A stretch of 64,000 nucleotides of DNA from the IMG/VR virus record IMGVR_UViG_3300035228_001078; one strand, written 5' to 3'. Source of the DNA: a virus. The notes under the pieces are model-generated. The model was not told where the DNA came from. It was given only the letters and a program-made list of their open reading frames with translations, and made no database searches. Positions 1 to 9,659 of this stretch are shown here, in pieces. The position numbers and the translations under genes were made by a program. How positions within the stretch are numbered: the stretch's first letter is position 1; each line of letters opens with the position of its first letter.

Positions 1-103
1 TAGTAAGTCTTTCTTCTTCTACTGCAAGTACAATCTCACCATCTTTTAAGAGACAAACTCCTCCATTATGTCCCCTAGTAATACCAGCAATCCATTGTGT
101 CAT
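1..103 (-). CDS. Carbamoyltransferase NodU/CmcH family, N-terminus only (runs off window)
   Basis: Manual translation MTQWIAGITRGHNGGVCLLKDGEIVLAVEEERLT matches the NodU N-terminal H..xxxLxxDGEIVxAxEEERxx motif; ATGA overlap with the upstream GT stop. Confidence 0.8.
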   Translation of the reverse strand, partial: MTQWIAGITRGHNGGVCLLKDGEIVLAVEEERLT

Positions 104-1098
104 TTTCCAAATCCTTTAGGTTCACAGCAAGAAGGAGTCATAACCTTCTGGGGTTCTTTCGTTACATCACGGAACTTTGGTTTACCAAGTCTCTTACGGC
201 ATGAAGAAACGACTTTATCGTATACATCCTTAGACATATTCATACACTCATCATTCATCATGTCCTGATAGTCTTCCATCGTCAATCTAATTGGCGAGAA
301 TGTTCTATCATTCTCACCAACATCAATTATATCAAATGTAGAATCTTCTGGGTATGAAATGTTAACAGGATAGGTAGAACCAATCACAGCTGTTACAGAT
401 GTTTCTGTGCTCTTAGCAATGTGTTGTCCTACAGAATCACATCCAACAAAATGATCTGCATTCTGAATGATACCAGCCCAAACTCTAATATCTGCTTGTG
501 GCCAGGCAACATGAGGAGTTTGTTCTCCAATTTGGAACTGGAACTCACTCATGATCACAACAGCATAATCTTTTCTAAGATTATTAATTAGATCTACTGC
601 ATGAGTTGTATGAAAACTTCTAGAAGATGGATCAATAATATATTCCTGCTCTACCTGAACACCTCTACCAAATGGTTGGAAGACTACAACTTTTTCCTTG
701 CCAGTTACATTCTTAATTTCCTCAATAGTATTAAGAGCAGTGATCGCTTCTGTTTTAGATAACTTAATGCTAGGGGAAGGAAGTTCTCTAGGTTCTGTAA
801 TACCATTGATTTCCATATCAAAAGCTTGTGCAATATTACACTTCTGATTGTAATAATGCCACTGACGATATGGTTCTGGAGTTACACAATCCCTAGACTT
901 GAGGTAATCCTCAAACAGATTCTTATGCCAATTGTCAAACGCATACTTATGGAGAACGGGATGCGCTTTGTAGAAATTCATTCCACCTTCGCACACGATG
1001 ATAAAGTCATCATGAGTCTCTGCATACTTTACAAATGCAGGGATAGAACAAATCACTCGACCAGCGCCGCCGTTAATGAAAAATGCTTTAGCTCTCAT
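100..1098 (-). CDS. GT9-like (heptosyltransferase-like) glycosyltransferase
   Basis: N-terminal GGAGRVICSIPA and C-terminal ADHFVGCDSVGQHIA resemble GT9 GxGD and DSxxxHxA motifs. Confidence 0.6.
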   Translation of the reverse strand: MRAKAFFINGGAGRVICSIPAFVKYAETHDDFIIVCEGGMNFYKAHPVLHKYAFDNWHKNLFEDYLKSRDCVTPEPYRQWHYYNQKCNIAQAFDMEINGITEPRELPSPSIKLSKTEAITALNTIEEIKNVTGKEKVVVFQPFGRGVQVEQEYIIDPSSRSFHTTHAVDLINNLRKDYAVVIMSEFQFQIGEQTPHVAWPQADIRVWAGIIQNADHFVGCDSVGQHIAKSTETSVTAVIGSTYPVNISYPEDSTFDIIDVGENDRTFSPIRLTMEDYQDMMNDECMNMSKDVYDKVVSSCRKRLGKPKFRDVTKEPQKVMTPSCCEPKGFGK

Positions 1099-1117
1099 AT
1101 TATCTTGAGTAACGGGT

Positions 1118-1125
1118 TATTTATT
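1118..1125 (-). promoter_or_regulatory. T4-type late promoter (AATAAATA)
   Basis: 1 mismatch to TATAAATA, about 20 nt upstream of the GT9-like ATG. Confidence 0.5.
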
Positions 1126-1835
1126 TACATGAATAGCACTTGTGCCATTCGATCATGGTCGGTAAACATGCCTTCAGAATACCATTGACTATGCAGTAGG
1201 TCAGCTTCATAGAGTATACATCTATTATACACCATCTTGAATTCTAATTCAACTTTCCAGGGAGATTCTGGATCTACATCAACCCAGTCTCTCAACCATC
1301 TATTTTTAGTCAGTTGATTAAACTCATGACCCATTGCTACACAATCTTCAGTGATCATGTCTGGTCTAGGAAAAGATTGTTTGCCATAATATGAATAGAG
1401 TCTTGTTCCACCCTGACATTCATCTCCTTTATTCAAATAGATTACAGATCCAAAATTAATATCAAATGAATCTTGATGAGGTATACCACCACCAACATCC
1501 ATGGTCTTAGCATTCATTATATTGCACATGAATCCAGATTTATTCCAGTTGCTTTCCCACTCCTGTTCATTAACTGGACTCTTCCATATAGGATGTTGTT
1601 TAAGCTGATCGAAGAGTGGTTTAAGATTCTCCTTAACACGAGAGTCTTCTTCATAAACTCTCCATCCAGGGAGACCTGCAATCAGATCTGGATCATCTCT
1701 ATTAGGAGAGTCGATACAATACTGTCTAACCTCATCTGGATTTTTATAGAACCCATCAATAATTAATGCGTTTCTTTTTTCTTCTCCAATCTCAGATACA
1801 ACTGTAATATCAAATTCTTTATTTAATTCAAACAT
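1125..1835 (-). CDS. DUF6445-like 2OG-Fe(II) oxygenase
   Basis: IIDGFYKNPDEVR start, PHQD (HxD), YLN, GGT, distal LHS and R. Confidence 0.7.
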   Translation of the reverse strand: MFELNKEFDITVVSEIGEEKRNALIIDGFYKNPDEVRQYCIDSPNRDDPDLIAGLPGWRVYEEDSRVKENLKPLFDQLKQHPIWKSPVNEQEWESNWNKSGFMCNIMNAKTMDVGGGIPHQDSFDINFGSVIYLNKGDECQGGTRLYSYYGKQSFPRPDMITEDCVAMGHEFNQLTKNRWLRDWVDVDPESPWKVELEFKMVYNRCILYEADLLHSQWYSEGMFTDHDRMAQVLFM

Positions 1836-1837
1836 GA

Positions 1838-2473
1838 TTAGTTAATGAATGTTATGTTGCCAGCAACTGAAACTCTTTCAATATCAGGAGTTCTAAATGG
1901 AACTACTGTATGCATCAAGCTTGATGGAAATAAAAAGAAGTCTCCTCTCTTAGGTAGGAAAAACTTTCTATTGTCTTGGAATGGAGGAACAGAATCGCCA
2001 TGAACAAACATGATTGATCCAGGAATAGGTCCATTACCTACCATGTTGAATCTTTCTTTCTCTGTCTGTAGCTCATCTGGCACATCAAGATACAGAACAA
2101 AACTCAAATCACCTCTATGGTTATGTAGGGGATTATAATCATGTTGTTTTTGATAATTAATCCATAGACTATCACATTCCCAAGAAGGACTTATACGATT
2201 CTCAACATGATGAGACAATCCATCTAAGTATAAAGAGATGTAAGGCTCAATCTGTTCTTGAAACCAGAGAATATGATTGGGTGTATAGTTCCATTCATCA
2301 TGCATATCTGCAGCTAACATTCTCTCTGCATTGTACTGTGGAACATCTCTAATTTCAGATGCTCTCTCTGCTAGACCATCTAAAATACTATCTTCCGTTG
2401 TCATCTGCAATAAAAAAGGTCCCCAAGTAATCGGTTTGCACACGAATTGCCTGGGGACTTCTGTATTAATCAT
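1838..2473 (-). CDS. 2OG-Fe(II) oxygenase (TIGR02466-like)
   Basis: WIN..NPLHNH..LSFVLYL..FPSSLMHTV..RVSVAGN. Confidence 0.85.
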   Translation of the reverse strand: MINTEVPRQFVCKPITWGPFLLQMTTEDSILDGLAERASEIRDVPQYNAERMLAADMHDEWNYTPNHILWFQEQIEPYISLYLDGLSHHVENRISPSWECDSLWINYQKQHDYNPLHNHRGDLSFVLYLDVPDELQTEKERFNMVGNGPIPGSIMFVHGDSVPPFQDNRKFFLPKRGDFFLFPSSLMHTVVPFRTPDIERVSVAGNITFIN

Positions 2474-2490
2474 ATCAAACCTTGGGAGTC

Positions 2491-2520
2491 AAAAAATATG
2501 GGGGAAATTTTTCCCCCATC
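2491..2520 (-). terminator. Intrinsic terminator
   Basis: ATGGGGGAA/TTCCCCCAT stem followed by ATTTTTT on the minus strand. Confidence 0.65.
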
Positions 2521-2551
2521 AGTGTAATTATATATTCGATTTTGTTTTGGG

Positions 2552-3274
2552 TCAGTCTGTAATTCCGTTGTTAGGACGCTCACCTGTCGTGACACCCGCT
2601 CCAAGTTGATCAGGATCAAGTGGCCAAACAACCAAGTGAGTTGCTGTACCTACACCTGCCCAGTCAGTAGGAAGATTTCTCAACTTAGTACGATAGTCTA
2701 ACCAGGGTTGCTTGACAGAATCGGGCATGTCAACAGCTGCAACTCTAGAGTCACATGCCGTCAGCATTCCATTTCTTGTGTCGCGAATCTGATCCCATCC
2801 AAAGCAGACAGTATCAGTATTGACTACTTCGCTAGGTTCATCGTGACTGAATAGAGGAGTAGACCAGCTGTTAGCTGATGTATCGTAGTAGAAAGATCTG
2901 AGATCGAAAGCTTCACTAAAGTGATAGGGATCGCAGACAGTAGGATTGGGTTCGTTAGATGGACCACACTCTACTTCATACTGTTCAGCAGGGTCTTGCC
3001 AACCCCACAGAGCCATAGCATGTAGAGGATATTGCTCCGCATCTAAGGTAACTTCTACAAATCCAGGAGGGGTAGGAACATCAGCATCGATCGTTCCGAC
3101 CTCAGCGATTCTATCATTACCATCCAGACCTGGACTAGCTGGATCCCAAATGGTTTGGATATATCTAGGACCAACATAGGTAGAGATACCAGCTTCATCT
3201 GGATCTACCTCGTCTCCCATCCATTCGGTGGGGACTGAGTAAAGTACTGTTTTTGTGATTTGTGGATTAGACAT
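2552..3274 (-). CDS. Tail fibre assembly chaperone-like protein
   Basis: C-terminal WDQIRDTRNGMLTACD..W..YRTKLRNLP..WP motif typical of Tfa/tail assembly chaperones. Confidence 0.75.
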   Translation of the reverse strand: MSNPQITKTVLYSVPTEWMGDEVDPDEAGISTYVGPRYIQTIWDPASPGLDGNDRIAEVGTIDADVPTPPGFVEVTLDAEQYPLHAMALWGWQDPAEQYEVECGPSNEPNPTVCDPYHFSEAFDLRSFYYDTSANSWSTPLFSHDEPSEVVNTDTVCFGWDQIRDTRNGMLTACDSRVAAVDMPDSVKQPWLDYRTKLRNLPTDWAGVGTATHLVVWPLDPDQLGAGVTTGERPNNGITD

Positions 3275-3295
3275 TGTTCTTTAGATCTCCTTTAA

Positions 3296-4129
3296 TTACT
3301 GCCAGTAGGACACAACAACGAGACCAGCGGCACCGAAGCCACCCCAGCAACATCCGCCATCGGTAAACGGCGATGTTCCGCCACCACCAGGGAACAAGGA
3401 CTGACCTTTACAGCATCCATGAGTGTTACCACCAGAGCAGTTATCCATATTGAAGTTAGTTGAGGAAGCATAAGGTCCTACACCAGGTCCAGTCCAGGAT
3501 CTGTCAGTTCCCCTGCAATACTGGTTATTATGCTTACCACCAGAAGGACCAAGGATCCCAAAGTCTCCACCAAACCAGCAGGCACAAACCTGAAGACATT
3601 TCTGGCACTGTGCAGGAGCAACACAAGAGTAGCAACCGCCACCACAGTGGTGCCATCCCCATGCTCCACCTTCAGCACAGAAGTTAGAAAGACCAGAGCC
3701 TGTTACATAACTTTTGCAACCTCGTCTACCACAACATGCTCTACTTGTACACTGTCGGCAGCAGGAACACTGTGATGTTCCCCCAGCACAAATTGTGTAG
3801 GCTGTAGATCCAGGAGTGAAATCTTTGTATGCAAACAGAGTCTTGGTTACAAATGCACCAGCTCCACCTGAAGGACCATTGGAGCAACATGCACCGATAG
3901 ATCCTGTGCCACCGCCAGAGGTCAACTCAAATCGGATACTAGTTGTAAGGGCAGGAACCGTCCAGTTCAAGCAACAACCACCATTGGAAACACTCCAATA
4001 GTTGTTATTATACAAGTAAAACTGATCAGCGATACCTGTAGAAACCCCAGTGACCTGTCCAGGACCAACTGAGTTAGCGATAATCGCCTCAGTACCTTGA
4101 ATCTGTTTATATGTCTGGTAATTAGCCAT
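3296..4129 (-). CDS. Gly/Cys-rich tail-fibre-associated protein
   Basis: WTVPA..GGGG..GGAG glycine-rich domain ending GLVVVSY; about 26 Cys; next to the chaperone. Confidence 0.65.
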   Translation of the reverse strand: MANYQTYKQIQGTEAIIANSVGPGQVTGVSTGIADQFYLYNNNYWSVSNGGCCLNWTVPALTTSIRFELTSGGGTGSIGACCSNGPSGGAGAFVTKTLFAYKDFTPGSTAYTICAGGTSQCSCCRQCTSRACCGRRGCKSYVTGSGLSNFCAEGGAWGWHHCGGGCYSCVAPAQCQKCLQVCACWFGGDFGILGPSGGKHNNQYCRGTDRSWTGPGVGPYASSTNFNMDNCSGGNTHGCCKGQSLFPGGGGTSPFTDGGCCWGGFGAAGLVVVSYWQ

Positions 4130-4165
4130 TGCTTTTAATATTCTAAAGTGGTGGAATCGTAATAG

Positions 4166-4172
4166 TATTTAG
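4166..4172 (-). promoter_or_regulatory. Late promoter (CTAAATA)
   Basis: TAAATA core between the terminator and the 4129 ATG. Confidence 0.5.
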
Positions 4173-4185
4173 GAAAAAGCATAAT

Positions 4186-4210
4186 AAAAAGGGGGGAGAT
4201 TGCTCTCCCC
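4186..4210 (-). terminator. Intrinsic terminator
   Basis: GGGGAGA-GCAA-TCTCCCC then CCTTTTT. Confidence 0.85.
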
Positions 4211-4217
4211 AGAAGAA

Positions 4218-7200
4218 TCAGATGGTGATGATTCTCCAACCTTGTGTGCCATCATAGAAGACCAGTTCAAATGCAGCACCCTCAGTGTTAACTGTCAAGT
4301 CTGAAGCGTCTCCCATGATTGGGTTACCGTTTCTACCAATCGTTAATGCGTTTGAATCAAATGTCTTGGCGACATCAAAGATTCTAACAGTATCACCCTT
4401 AACAGGAGATCCAGGTAAGGTAAGTGTGAATCCACCGCTAGTAGTATTACAGAATGCTTGCTGTCTGTTTGCCAATGTGGTTCCATTACCACTGACATCT
4501 ACATTACTGTAAGCACCCAGAGGCAACCAACCAGCACCGTTATAGAATTCAAATCCATCAGAGTCGGTATCATAGCGGAGACCACCTTCGATTAGATCAA
4601 TACCAGTTGGACGCCCAGCTTGGTTACCACGAGGTGGAACAAGAATACCAGAAGTGGTATCCATCTTACCGCGAGTGAGGAAGCCACGAACTGCTTTCTC
4701 AGTAGGACATGCTTGGTTAGAGTCGCCAGATAGGAATTCGTCAGAAGAGAATTCGTTAACTGCTTCACCAATCTGACCACCAATGGCACCCAGTCTCAGT
4801 TCAGAAAGACCTGACAGGTTGAATGCAGAGGCATCCAGGGTAGCAGCACCAGTCAACTGGTTAACAGAGAAGTATTCACCAACTCTGAAGTTACCACCTT
4901 GGTCAGTAGAGACGAAGAAGATCTTACCAGTGTTCAGTACAGTTGTCTCGTTACCCTGAGAAGCTGTGTTCTCGTCAACATTTGGATAATTGGTTGCCGA
5001 AGTGTTACCTGTACCAATTAGCAGGAAGTCATGACCCGTAAGACGAACCTTGGAGAACTTAGATCTCATCAAGAACTCTTGATTATCATACGAAGCAGGA
5101 GCAGATCCTTTAACTGGTGCAATGTTGATCGTTGCACGACCATTTGCTTGGTTAACAGCATTAGTTGCTGCACTTACAAATGTATGGGAACTTGTATTTG
5201 TAGAAGGAATAGTACCTAGTGACTGGAATGAGAATGTATTCAAAGTCGTTGCTGAGATAGCAACTAATGTATTATGTAATTCGTCAGGGCTATTAGCGTT
5301 AACACCCGTGCCTTTCGCACGAGGATATGTTTTGGTTACTGTGTTTCCATCTAGAGCACAAGTAAATGATAACGAGTCAGTCTGTAGTTGAATATTATCT
5401 CCAACCATCATACCGTGACCATTAGATGTCAACTCTACGATACCGTTTGATGGGTTATAAGCACCAGCAGTTGGAGTAAAGTTATTACCAGGAACATAGT
5501 TACTTACAGTTCTGACGATGTATCCAATTGAATCGGAGAATCCTAATCCAACTGTAGTAAATCCAATCGTATCACCAACAAGTGGTGTTGTACTCAGTCC
5601 GACTACTTCAAATAGTCCATCCTTCTGTCCACCAACGGAGTTAGATGCAGATGCAATCTTAACATATCCTGTACCACCAGCACCGACAGAATCAAATTCA
5701 ATGAACTCACCAGGTGTGAAGACAGTAGTACCAACACCAACAGCACCGTTAGCACCATCGGCGTTACCAAATCCAGAATTGTACTTAAAGTACAGTTGAT
5801 CACCAGAGATCTGATTGTTTGTAACTACAGCGCGAGCTCCTGATGTAGCACCACGCATCGTAGCACCAACAGAGATAGTACCGGCAGAAGTACCCACTTG
5901 GGTTGCCATCTTGTCACCAAAGAGGCGAGCAGAGCGAGCAACTTCTAGTGTAGAGAATCCAACAGCTAATGCACCGTATGTACCGTAGGAGTTGTTACCT
6001 GAGAGAGATCTGATTTCAGATCCATCATCAGAAACATAACCGAAAGCACAGTAGTAAGTGAAGGAAGAAACAATCTCAGCAAGAGCATCATCTTCAAGCC
6101 AGAAACCTACACCACCGGAGTGAATGTTGGTAAAGGCATCGAAGACCATCGACTTACCACCTCTACCCTCAGGTTTACCTTCGTGGACACCACCCTCAAT
6201 AAAGATACCTACAGCACCTTCATGTCCAGTACCATCAGTACATACATTAGAGAATGCGGTACAATCTTTAATATAAGGTGAACGCTCAAGAATAGGAGTA
6301 TCAGGATTAAGTCTGAAGTAGACACCACAAGCTGTAGTACCTACACCAACCTTGGGTTGCCACTGATCAGTATTGAAAGGATCATTAGTATCATAATCAA
6401 ATCCTTGCAGACCACGCATCGTGATTGCCTGAACCGTCGTAGAGTCAGACACGAAGAACATCGTGGAACGCTGATTAGGTGTTACACCATCAGTAGCAAA
6501 ACCAGCAGCTGGTTCAACAGTCGTACCTCTCAGAACATCACCAGCAATCGAGAAGTTCTTAGGCAGTGTGATAGGAAGTTGCTCTCTGAATACACCAGCA
6601 GACAACTTCAGAATGATAGGAGATACATCAGTAACCTCACCACCGCTCACATAAGTATGAGCAATCGTAGAGATACCGACATTGGTAGTAAATGAATTGG
6701 AGTCAACTACAGAGTCAACTTTAAAGAAGAATCCTTGTGTACTATCTGGGAAGATAGTAGTTGTGATACCAGCATGAGCTTGGGCACAAGTGAATCCAAT
6801 ACCCTGCAGTTTAACCTGACCCTGTGAGAACAGACCATGAGCAGCAGCAGTAACTGTTGCAATACCGCTAGACTCATCATAAACAAAGTTGGTAATATCT
6901 CTTCTAATCTGACCAGCAGTAGAAGCAAATGAGATAGAACCCCAAGCATTATCAGGTGTAAGACCTGTACTTGTATCCGAACCTTGCTGTGCATCAACAT
7001 AGTATACCTTGGTACGGAGACCAGGATACTGCCACTCAACCTCATCGCTAGAAGAGACTCTTAGATATGTACCTTGCGTACCAATACCCTGTCTCGAAGG
7101 GCCAGTACCATCTCTGGTAAGCAGGTCACCTTTAGTCGTCAGCAGTGCTGCACTATCACCGATAGCGAACGCTGCCCACATGGTAACAGCAGTACCAGGT

Positions 7201-8222
7201 TGGACATTAATGTTAGATGATGCAATCGAGATGTAAGCAGAAGATGCAAACTCAGCGACATCATTAATCTCATATACACCAGAACCACTCCAGGTGCTTC
7301 TCCAATTGAAACCACGGTTAATCAGAGACCAACCATTAATACCAGTATCAACCGATGTAATACCAAGACCTACAGGTCGCTTATCAACTTCAATCTTAAT
7401 ATCGTCAGCAATATATGTAATACCACCAAGGGTTACAGTCTCACCTCTAGAATATGTCTGACTAGGAGCATAGGTAGATCCACCAGCAGTAGCAATACCA
7501 CTGACAAGCAGAGTCCATTCCTGTGGACTGTCGTTAGGTTGAGAAGATAACGGGTTAGTACCAATAGCTACATATGATGCACCTTGGAACTCAACAATGT
7601 CACCTCTCTCGTAACGAGCCAGGGCATCATAGATACCCTCGTTAGTGAAAGCTTTACTGAAGTCTACGAAGTTTGATGATGGAGGATAGAAACCATCCGA
7701 ACCAATACCTGTGAGATCGTGCAGGGATGTAGAGATCCCCTGCATCGATAAGTCTGCAGCGACTTGGAATGGTACTGTTGTTCGGTATTCTTGTCCGCCG
7801 TATCTAACAACATCATTGATGCCGTAGTAGGAGTTCGTAGTAAAGGCACCTCGGAAGTTCAGTCCCTCGCCGTAGAGCTCCCAGTATGCCGGGAAATCAC
7901 TACTGTACCAGTTACTTTGGACACCGGTCGAAGTGTGTTGAGCCGTACAGATGTATTGATTACCGCCTTCCTTGACGATATCGTTTACAACATATCCGGT
8001 ACTGACTGACCATTCGCCAGCATAATTCTGTCCCTCCGTATGAAGGTCCCAGTAGGTATTGTCGTTGGGAAATCCGGTAGAGCTGGCATCTGAGGTGTGG
8101 TTCCCTGTACATACATAGGAACTTGCACCGAATCTAACGATGTCATCAATAATGAATGCGGTAGAGGGTGCCCAGGCACCACGCCAGTTAAATTTCAGTC
8201 TACCAAGTCTAAATTCTGCCAT
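4218..8222 (-). CDS. Large virion structural/tail fibre protein
   Basis: MAEFRLGRLKFNWRG start, repeated WxxxxxYxxxDxV units, duplicated TVT..HG..FTC..HT(Y/F)VS domain, C-terminal gp9/gp10-like TTSGGFTLTLP..GD domain. Confidence 0.8.
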   Translation of the reverse strand: MAEFRLGRLKFNWRGAWAPSTAFIIDDIVRFGASSYVCTGNHTSDASSTGFPNDNTYWDLHTEGQNYAGEWSVSTGYVVNDIVKEGGNQYICTAQHTSTGVQSNWYSSDFPAYWELYGEGLNFRGAFTTNSYYGINDVVRYGGQEYRTTVPFQVAADLSMQGISTSLHDLTGIGSDGFYPPSSNFVDFSKAFTNEGIYDALARYERGDIVEFQGASYVAIGTNPLSSQPNDSPQEWTLLVSGIATAGGSTYAPSQTYSRGETVTLGGITYIADDIKIEVDKRPVGLGITSVDTGINGWSLINRGFNWRSTWSGSGVYEINDVAEFASSAYISIASSNINVQPGTAVTMWAAFAIGDSAALLTTKGDLLTRDGTGPSRQGIGTQGTYLRVSSSDEVEWQYPGLRTKVYYVDAQQGSDTSTGLTPDNAWGSISFASTAGQIRRDITNFVYDESSGIATVTAAAHGLFSQGQVKLQGIGFTCAQAHAGITTTIFPDSTQGFFFKVDSVVDSNSFTTNVGISTIAHTYVSGGEVTDVSPIILKLSAGVFREQLPITLPKNFSIAGDVLRGTTVEPAAGFATDGVTPNQRSTMFFVSDSTTVQAITMRGLQGFDYDTNDPFNTDQWQPKVGVGTTACGVYFRLNPDTPILERSPYIKDCTAFSNVCTDGTGHEGAVGIFIEGGVHEGKPEGRGGKSMVFDAFTNIHSGGVGFWLEDDALAEIVSSFTYYCAFGYVSDDGSEIRSLSGNNSYGTYGALAVGFSTLEVARSARLFGDKMATQVGTSAGTISVGATMRGATSGARAVVTNNQISGDQLYFKYNSGFGNADGANGAVGVGTTVFTPGEFIEFDSVGAGGTGYVKIASASNSVGGQKDGLFEVVGLSTTPLVGDTIGFTTVGLGFSDSIGYIVRTVSNYVPGNNFTPTAGAYNPSNGIVELTSNGHGMMVGDNIQLQTDSLSFTCALDGNTVTKTYPRAKGTGVNANSPDELHNTLVAISATTLNTFSFQSLGTIPSTNTSSHTFVSAATNAVNQANGRATINIAPVKGSAPASYDNQEFLMRSKFSKVRLTGHDFLLIGTGNTSATNYPNVDENTASQGNETTVLNTGKIFFVSTDQGGNFRVGEYFSVNQLTGAATLDASAFNLSGLSELRLGAIGGQIGEAVNEFSSDEFLSGDSNQACPTEKAVRGFLTRGKMDTTSGILVPPRGNQAGRPTGIDLIEGGLRYDTDSDGFEFYNGAGWLPLGAYSNVDVSGNGTTLANRQQAFCNTTSGGFTLTLPGSPVKGDTVRIFDVAKTFDSNALTIGRNGNPIMGDASDLTVNTEGAAFELVFYDGTQGWRIITI

Positions 8223-8234
8223 TGTAGGTTCTCG

Positions 8235-8585
8235 TTAAACAGGTTCAGAGTATGAGTGGGTTCCATTAACCTGAAGGACTAGATATCCATCAGCGTCTAG
8301 GTAATAAAAAAGGTTGCGCCTGTCAAAGCGTATCTGTTGATATTTATCTTGCGGATTATTAGCAAGTCGCTTCTGCTCAGTAGTCTCTTCGACATAATCA
8401 TCATAGTCACCAAACTCTTCAACCTGTGTCCCGTCTAAACGGAACGGATCAAAAGATTCAGATGTGGATGCAGTGCTCACTTTAGTAAAAAACAGCATGT
8501 CGTCTGCGTCTCTTCTCAAAGCGTAGACATAATAGCCCGTCGAATCCTGTGGTTGGAAGTGGGCGTTACTTAAAGTTAAAGCCAT
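8235..8585 (-). CDS. Hypothetical protein, probably structural
   Basis: Intact ORF coupled between structural genes. Confidence 0.6.
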   Translation of the reverse strand: MALTLSNAHFQPQDSTGYYVYALRRDADDMLFFTKVSTASTSESFDPFRLDGTQVEEFGDYDDYVEETTEQKRLANNPQDKYQQIRFDRRNLFYYLDADGYLVLQVNGTHSYSEPV

Positions 8586-9055
8586 TAGCTAATAATTCTC
8601 CAATAACTGCCAGTCCACAACAGCATTACAGTGATACCAGAAACATCAAGGTTCACAGGACCATCATCAATATTACCAATCGCATCTTTAAATTGATGCG
8701 CTGATGAGGTCAATATAACATTATTTATATTCCAATTTTGTGCGCCATCTGCGATCTCAATACTATCGCCAACTGACAAGTTAACGATAGGCATAGTCGC
8801 GTTAATAACGCCAGAAGAAGTAGTACCAAGGTATCTCTTGTTGACAACCAACTGAGTTGTCAAAGGACCAGTCAGCTCGGTAAAAACAGGAGTAGCACCA
8901 GTTGCTGCTTGAGCAACTGTTTCTACATTGTTACCCGATCTAATGTAGATTTTCTGGTCAACTATATTAATAGCCATTTCACCATCTTCCAGATCTATAA
9001 GACCAGGAATTTGACCTTGCGTGGTACTTCGTTTTGGTTTAATGCGTGTAGGCAT
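8585..9055 (-). CDS. Tail fibre-related protein
   Basis: RIKPKRS..G.IP...LEDGEMAIN..DQKIY fibre N-terminal motif plus gp9/gp10-like C-terminal domain; GATAAATA late promoter at 9085-9092. Confidence 0.65.
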   Translation of the reverse strand: MPTRIKPKRSTTQGQIPGLIDLEDGEMAINIVDQKIYIRSGNNVETVAQAATGATPVFTELTGPLTTQLVVNKRYLGTTSSGVINATMPIVNLSVGDSIEIADGAQNWNINNVILTSSAHQFKDAIGNIDDGPVNLDVSGITVMLLWTGSYWRIIS

Positions 9056-9080
9056 TATGGTTTACGAAATAGTGTGCGTC

Positions 9081-9659
9081 CTAGTATTTATCATAAAGAT
9101 TAAACGCAAGTGAATACCTTGGTTCTCTTGACCTGTTTTCATCAACATGATGTGCCAGGGATCCAGGGAAGAGCATCATCATTCCTGCCGTTGGTTCGTA
9201 GGACCATGTTGTAACTTGAAGTTCTGCTAGAGAGTGATTGTCGTGATGATGAAAAGTAAATTCGCCAGAGTTCTGAGGGAAATCAATCCACAGAACTCCA
9301 GCTAAAGGACACCCAGGATGGGTGTGTTGTGAGTTATAACATCCAGTATGATTAATATTAAACCACATATTAGATAGTTTATATTGATTATCCCAGGAAA
9401 CATATTCATGTTCCCTGTAAGTTTCAATCATTTTATCTACCCTATCTTCAATGTAGGATAAGAATTTATCGAACGATGGTTCTAAGTAAAAATTATCTGG
9501 ACTTTGATACCCATTCACATTACTCCTATTATTTCCCTTATGCTTTAACGAATAAGAATCCATCCAGTCCATGATGTCACCTTGAATAGTAGATTCAAAG
9601 TTCTTATCTTCATCATGGACAACGATATAGGGAAGGACTTTATGTGTAACGGGACTCAT
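9081..9659 (-). CDS. 2OG-Fe(II) oxygenase (TIGR02466-like)
   Basis: SN.NGYQS, WFNIN, HTH, FPGSLAHHV, RYSLAFN. Confidence 0.85.
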   Translation of the reverse strand: MSPVTHKVLPYIVVHDEDKNFESTIQGDIMDWMDSYSLKHKGNNRSNVNGYQSPDNFYLEPSFDKFLSYIEDRVDKMIETYREHEYVSWDNQYKLSNMWFNINHTGCYNSQHTHPGCPLAGVLWIDFPQNSGEFTFHHHDNHSLAELQVTTWSYEPTAGMMMLFPGSLAHHVDENRSREPRYSLAFNLYDKY

